This document shows, one piece after another, positions 46,735-48,726 of a stretch of DNA of 48,726 nucleotides. Numbering within the stretch: position 1 is the first letter of the stretch; each line of letters starts with the position of its first letter. The translations under genes were made by a program, and so were the position numbers. The notes under the pieces are model-generated. The model ran no database searches. It had not been told where the DNA came from and worked only from the letters and a program-made list of their open reading frames with translations. Source of the DNA: a virus (taxonomy: Duplodnaviria > Caudoviricetes); IMG/VR virus record IMGVR_UViG_3300025517_000003, positions 1 to 48,726 of that record; one strand, 5' to 3'.

Positions 46735-46851
46735 TCAGCCCCTTTTGAAGATTTTCTTTTTCATGTTTCTGAAGACATCGTCCATACGCCAGCCCGCCAT
46801 ATAAATGCGGATATACAACGCAAGAATAGAGATGTACAGCTTTTTAGACAA
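46735..46851 (-). CDS. Small protein (38 aa, TTG start), not in ORF track
   Basis: MSKKLYISILALYIRIYMAGWRMDDVFRNMKKENLQKG*; RBS AAAGGGGTGG; fills the gap between two genes. Confidence 0.5.
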   Translation of the reverse strand: MSKKLYISILALYIRIYMAGWRMDDVFRNMKKKIFKRG

Positions 46852-47446
46852 AAGCCACCACCCCTTTCAGAAGACGCGCATGCTCCTGGCGCGCTTCGTC
46901 GATTTGTTTTTCTTCCGCTTCGATGCGGCTGTGTATGTCTTGAATCCATTCTTCCGCAGCCTTCTTGACTGACTCGTTTTCTGCGGATTCCCGCATGTGA
47001 ATGGCTTTTTCAAGCAGTTCACGCAACGTCACAAGTGCACGGTCAGCGGCGGATTCAGCGCGTTCCACTTGCTTTTCGCTTTGCTTAATGACGTTGCGAA
47101 TAACTTCTTCCACAGGATTGCGCAACCTTTCATCGACTTTGCGGCGCTGGTAAATGGTTATCACGACATCATCATCTGGCGCCACTATGAAGGCGATTCG
47201 CTCGAAGCCGTACAAGCGCACCTTCTTGCGATTTTCGCCGTATATTTCACCAATAAACTGCGACTGGCGCAGCTTTGATACTATCCACCTTTCAGCTTCT
47301 TCCCGCTTCACATTGAAGTCTTCCACCGCCTGGTCAATAGCGTGTGTCGTCACGCCCACTTGTACATCTTGAAAATGCGTTCCAGCATTCACGTCAAATA
47401 TAATCATCTCGTCCCCCAGCCCTTCTATACTGTAAATATTTTGCAT
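46844..47446 (-). CDS. Hypothetical protein with coiled-coil C-terminus
   Basis: 200-aa ORF. Confidence 0.65.
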   Translation of the reverse strand: MQNIYSIEGLGDEMIIFDVNAGTHFQDVQVGVTTHAIDQAVEDFNVKREEAERWIVSKLRQSQFIGEIYGENRKKVRLYGFERIAFIVAPDDDVVITIYQRRKVDERLRNPVEEVIRNVIKQSEKQVERAESAADRALVTLRELLEKAIHMRESAENESVKKAAEEWIQDIHSRIEAEEKQIDEARQEHARLLKGVVAFV

Positions 47447-47476
47447 TATTCTTCAAACGATATGCGATAAGGCATA

Positions 47477-48184
47477 TTATCGACGCGATTTTACGACGTT
47501 CACTGTGTAAAGCGCATCATGTTCGCCGTATTTATCCGCATCATATAACTTCTGAATTTTGTCGAAGGCGCGCTGTACTTTCATGCGATTTGTACCCAGC
47601 GCGGCTGCAATTTCGCGATATGTCTTGCCAGCCAATTTCATTTCTAATACTTGCATCTGGAAGTCGTCGCATTTGTGAAGAATGTCATTGACTACTTCGC
47701 GCATCTTTGCGATTTTAGATTCCACTGACAGTTCCCCATCGAATATGTCGATGAAGTCTTCTGGTGTCGGTACTGCCTTACGATTGAAGTCTTCGACGAT
47801 GTTCCATTCTTCAAAGCTGTTACCACCCTCGCTTTCTTCCTTCGCCTTGCCGACGTAGTTTTCCATGCTACTTTCATGCTTCTTGATTGTCGATTGCTTG
47901 CGGGCTGTGTCAATAATCGCATTGTTTAAAATTCCGATTGTATATTTCACGAAGTAGCCGCGCCCTGGCTCGAATTTTTCGAGTGCCTTCATGAAAACAT
48001 CATTATAAATGGATTGCACTTCATTTCCTGTGTTGTCGCCTAATTTGTTAGCATCCACCCATTTGCGCGGCTTAAAAAAGTTTCTCATCATTTCGATGTA
48101 AATATCGCCAACCATTTCCACTGCGCCTTCCTTGTACGCTGTCACCATTTCTTCCACTCGCATCATCACTTCAATTTTCTTCAT
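47477..48184 (-). CDS. Phage RNA polymerase sigma factor (sigma70 family, regions 2 and 4)
   Basis: KALEKFEPGRGYFVKY...NAIID region 2; GKTYREIAAALGTNRMKVQRAF region 4 HTH. Confidence 0.85.
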   Translation of the reverse strand: MKKIEVMMRVEEMVTAYKEGAVEMVGDIYIEMMRNFFKPRKWVDANKLGDNTGNEVQSIYNDVFMKALEKFEPGRGYFVKYTIGILNNAIIDTARKQSTIKKHESSMENYVGKAKEESEGGNSFEEWNIVEDFNRKAVPTPEDFIDIFDGELSVESKIAKMREVVNDILHKCDDFQMQVLEMKLAGKTYREIAAALGTNRMKVQRAFDKIQKLYDADKYGEHDALYTVNVVKSRR

Positions 48185-48233
48185 CAGAAATTCCGCCTTT
48201 CAAAAAAATTGTTTTTGTTGTTATAACTGTGAA

Positions 48234-48257
48234 TACGAAGGCAATTTTGCCTGTCAC
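48234..48257 (-). promoter_or_regulatory. Phage-sigma-type promoter upstream of the sigma gene itself
   Basis: CGTGAC-15-CGTATTCA; spacer holds the palindrome AGGCAA-AA-TTGCCT. Confidence 0.75.
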
Positions 48258-48567
48258 GTATTTTTTAATAAATTACGAAAAAAATTATTCTTTATGCGCT
48301 AGCGAATAATGCTAATACTTTCATTTGCTTGTTCGAGAGGATTCTCCTCACGTGCGAACCTTTTCGAACCTCGTGAGAACCTCTCGAACATCATTTTTAC
48401 TGTTCTCGTTGTAAAATAATTAGAATATAAAAAAGACACACCTATAAACCATGCAAAAGAAATGAATTTCGGAGATGTGAATTTTTCAAGTTCCAAAAAA
48501 CAAAACCTGCTTCGGCGATAAGTGCGTCGGTGCTCTATAAAATTTATTCATAATTTATTGTATCCTT

Positions 48568-48597
48568 ATTATACGATAACGTATAAGGAATATTCAA
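48568..48597 (-). promoter_or_regulatory. SigA-like early promoter overlapped by palindrome TTATACG-N4-CGTATAA
   Basis: TTGAAT-18-TATAAT. Confidence 0.55.
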
Positions 48598-48726
48598 CAA
48601 TTTTTAGACGATTTTCCATTTTATATAAAAAAAAAAAATAAAACTTTCCGCCTAAACATCGGCAGAAAGTCTTATGTGTTGCATCTTAATGTCTTTTGAT
48701 GCCGCTACGATTTCCTTCACTTGTTC

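Noticed and set aside
94-47278. Numerous + strand ORFs in the track
   Set aside because: They are antisense shadows of well-supported - strand genes; only 32570-32803 has a motif, RBS and promoter
48350-48405. SOS boxes among the GAAC repeats
   Set aside because: No GAAC-N4-GTTC with correct spacing
48628-48726. 99-bp terminal direct repeat as biological phage termini
   Set aside because: The length matches a common assembler k-mer and it cuts through the primase 3' end; best read as a circularisation overlap

Overview
The window is an apparently complete, circularly closed genome (about 48,627 bp; bases 1-99 recur at 48628-48726) of a temperate siphovirus of a Bacillaceae host. Almost all genes are on the - strand. 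Modules: replication (primase, DnaB helicase, DnaC-like loader, 24-bp iteron origin); lysogeny (tyrosine integrase, attP matching the 3' half of tRNA-Arg(UCU), distant XRE repressor); lysis; tail; head and packaging; nucleotide metabolism (dNMP kinase, ThyX, dUTPase, PhoH, class II RNR, thioredoxin); RusA, exonuclease, PolA, SSB; and a phage sigma factor. The most notable structure is non-coding: (i) a GTGAC-N15-CGTA promoter motif in 8 copies before middle genes, three built inside intrinsic terminators; (ii) a 140-bp near-perfect inverted repeat bracketing the terS region, which also contains a 24-bp element shared with the attP arm; (iii) a 24-nt element duplicated exactly in the scaffold 5' UTR and CDS; (iv) an int promoter on the far side of attP. 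There is also a MuF head protein with a lethal-factor-like protease tip and a candidate immunity gene. Protein calls come from motif recognition only; no database searches were run.
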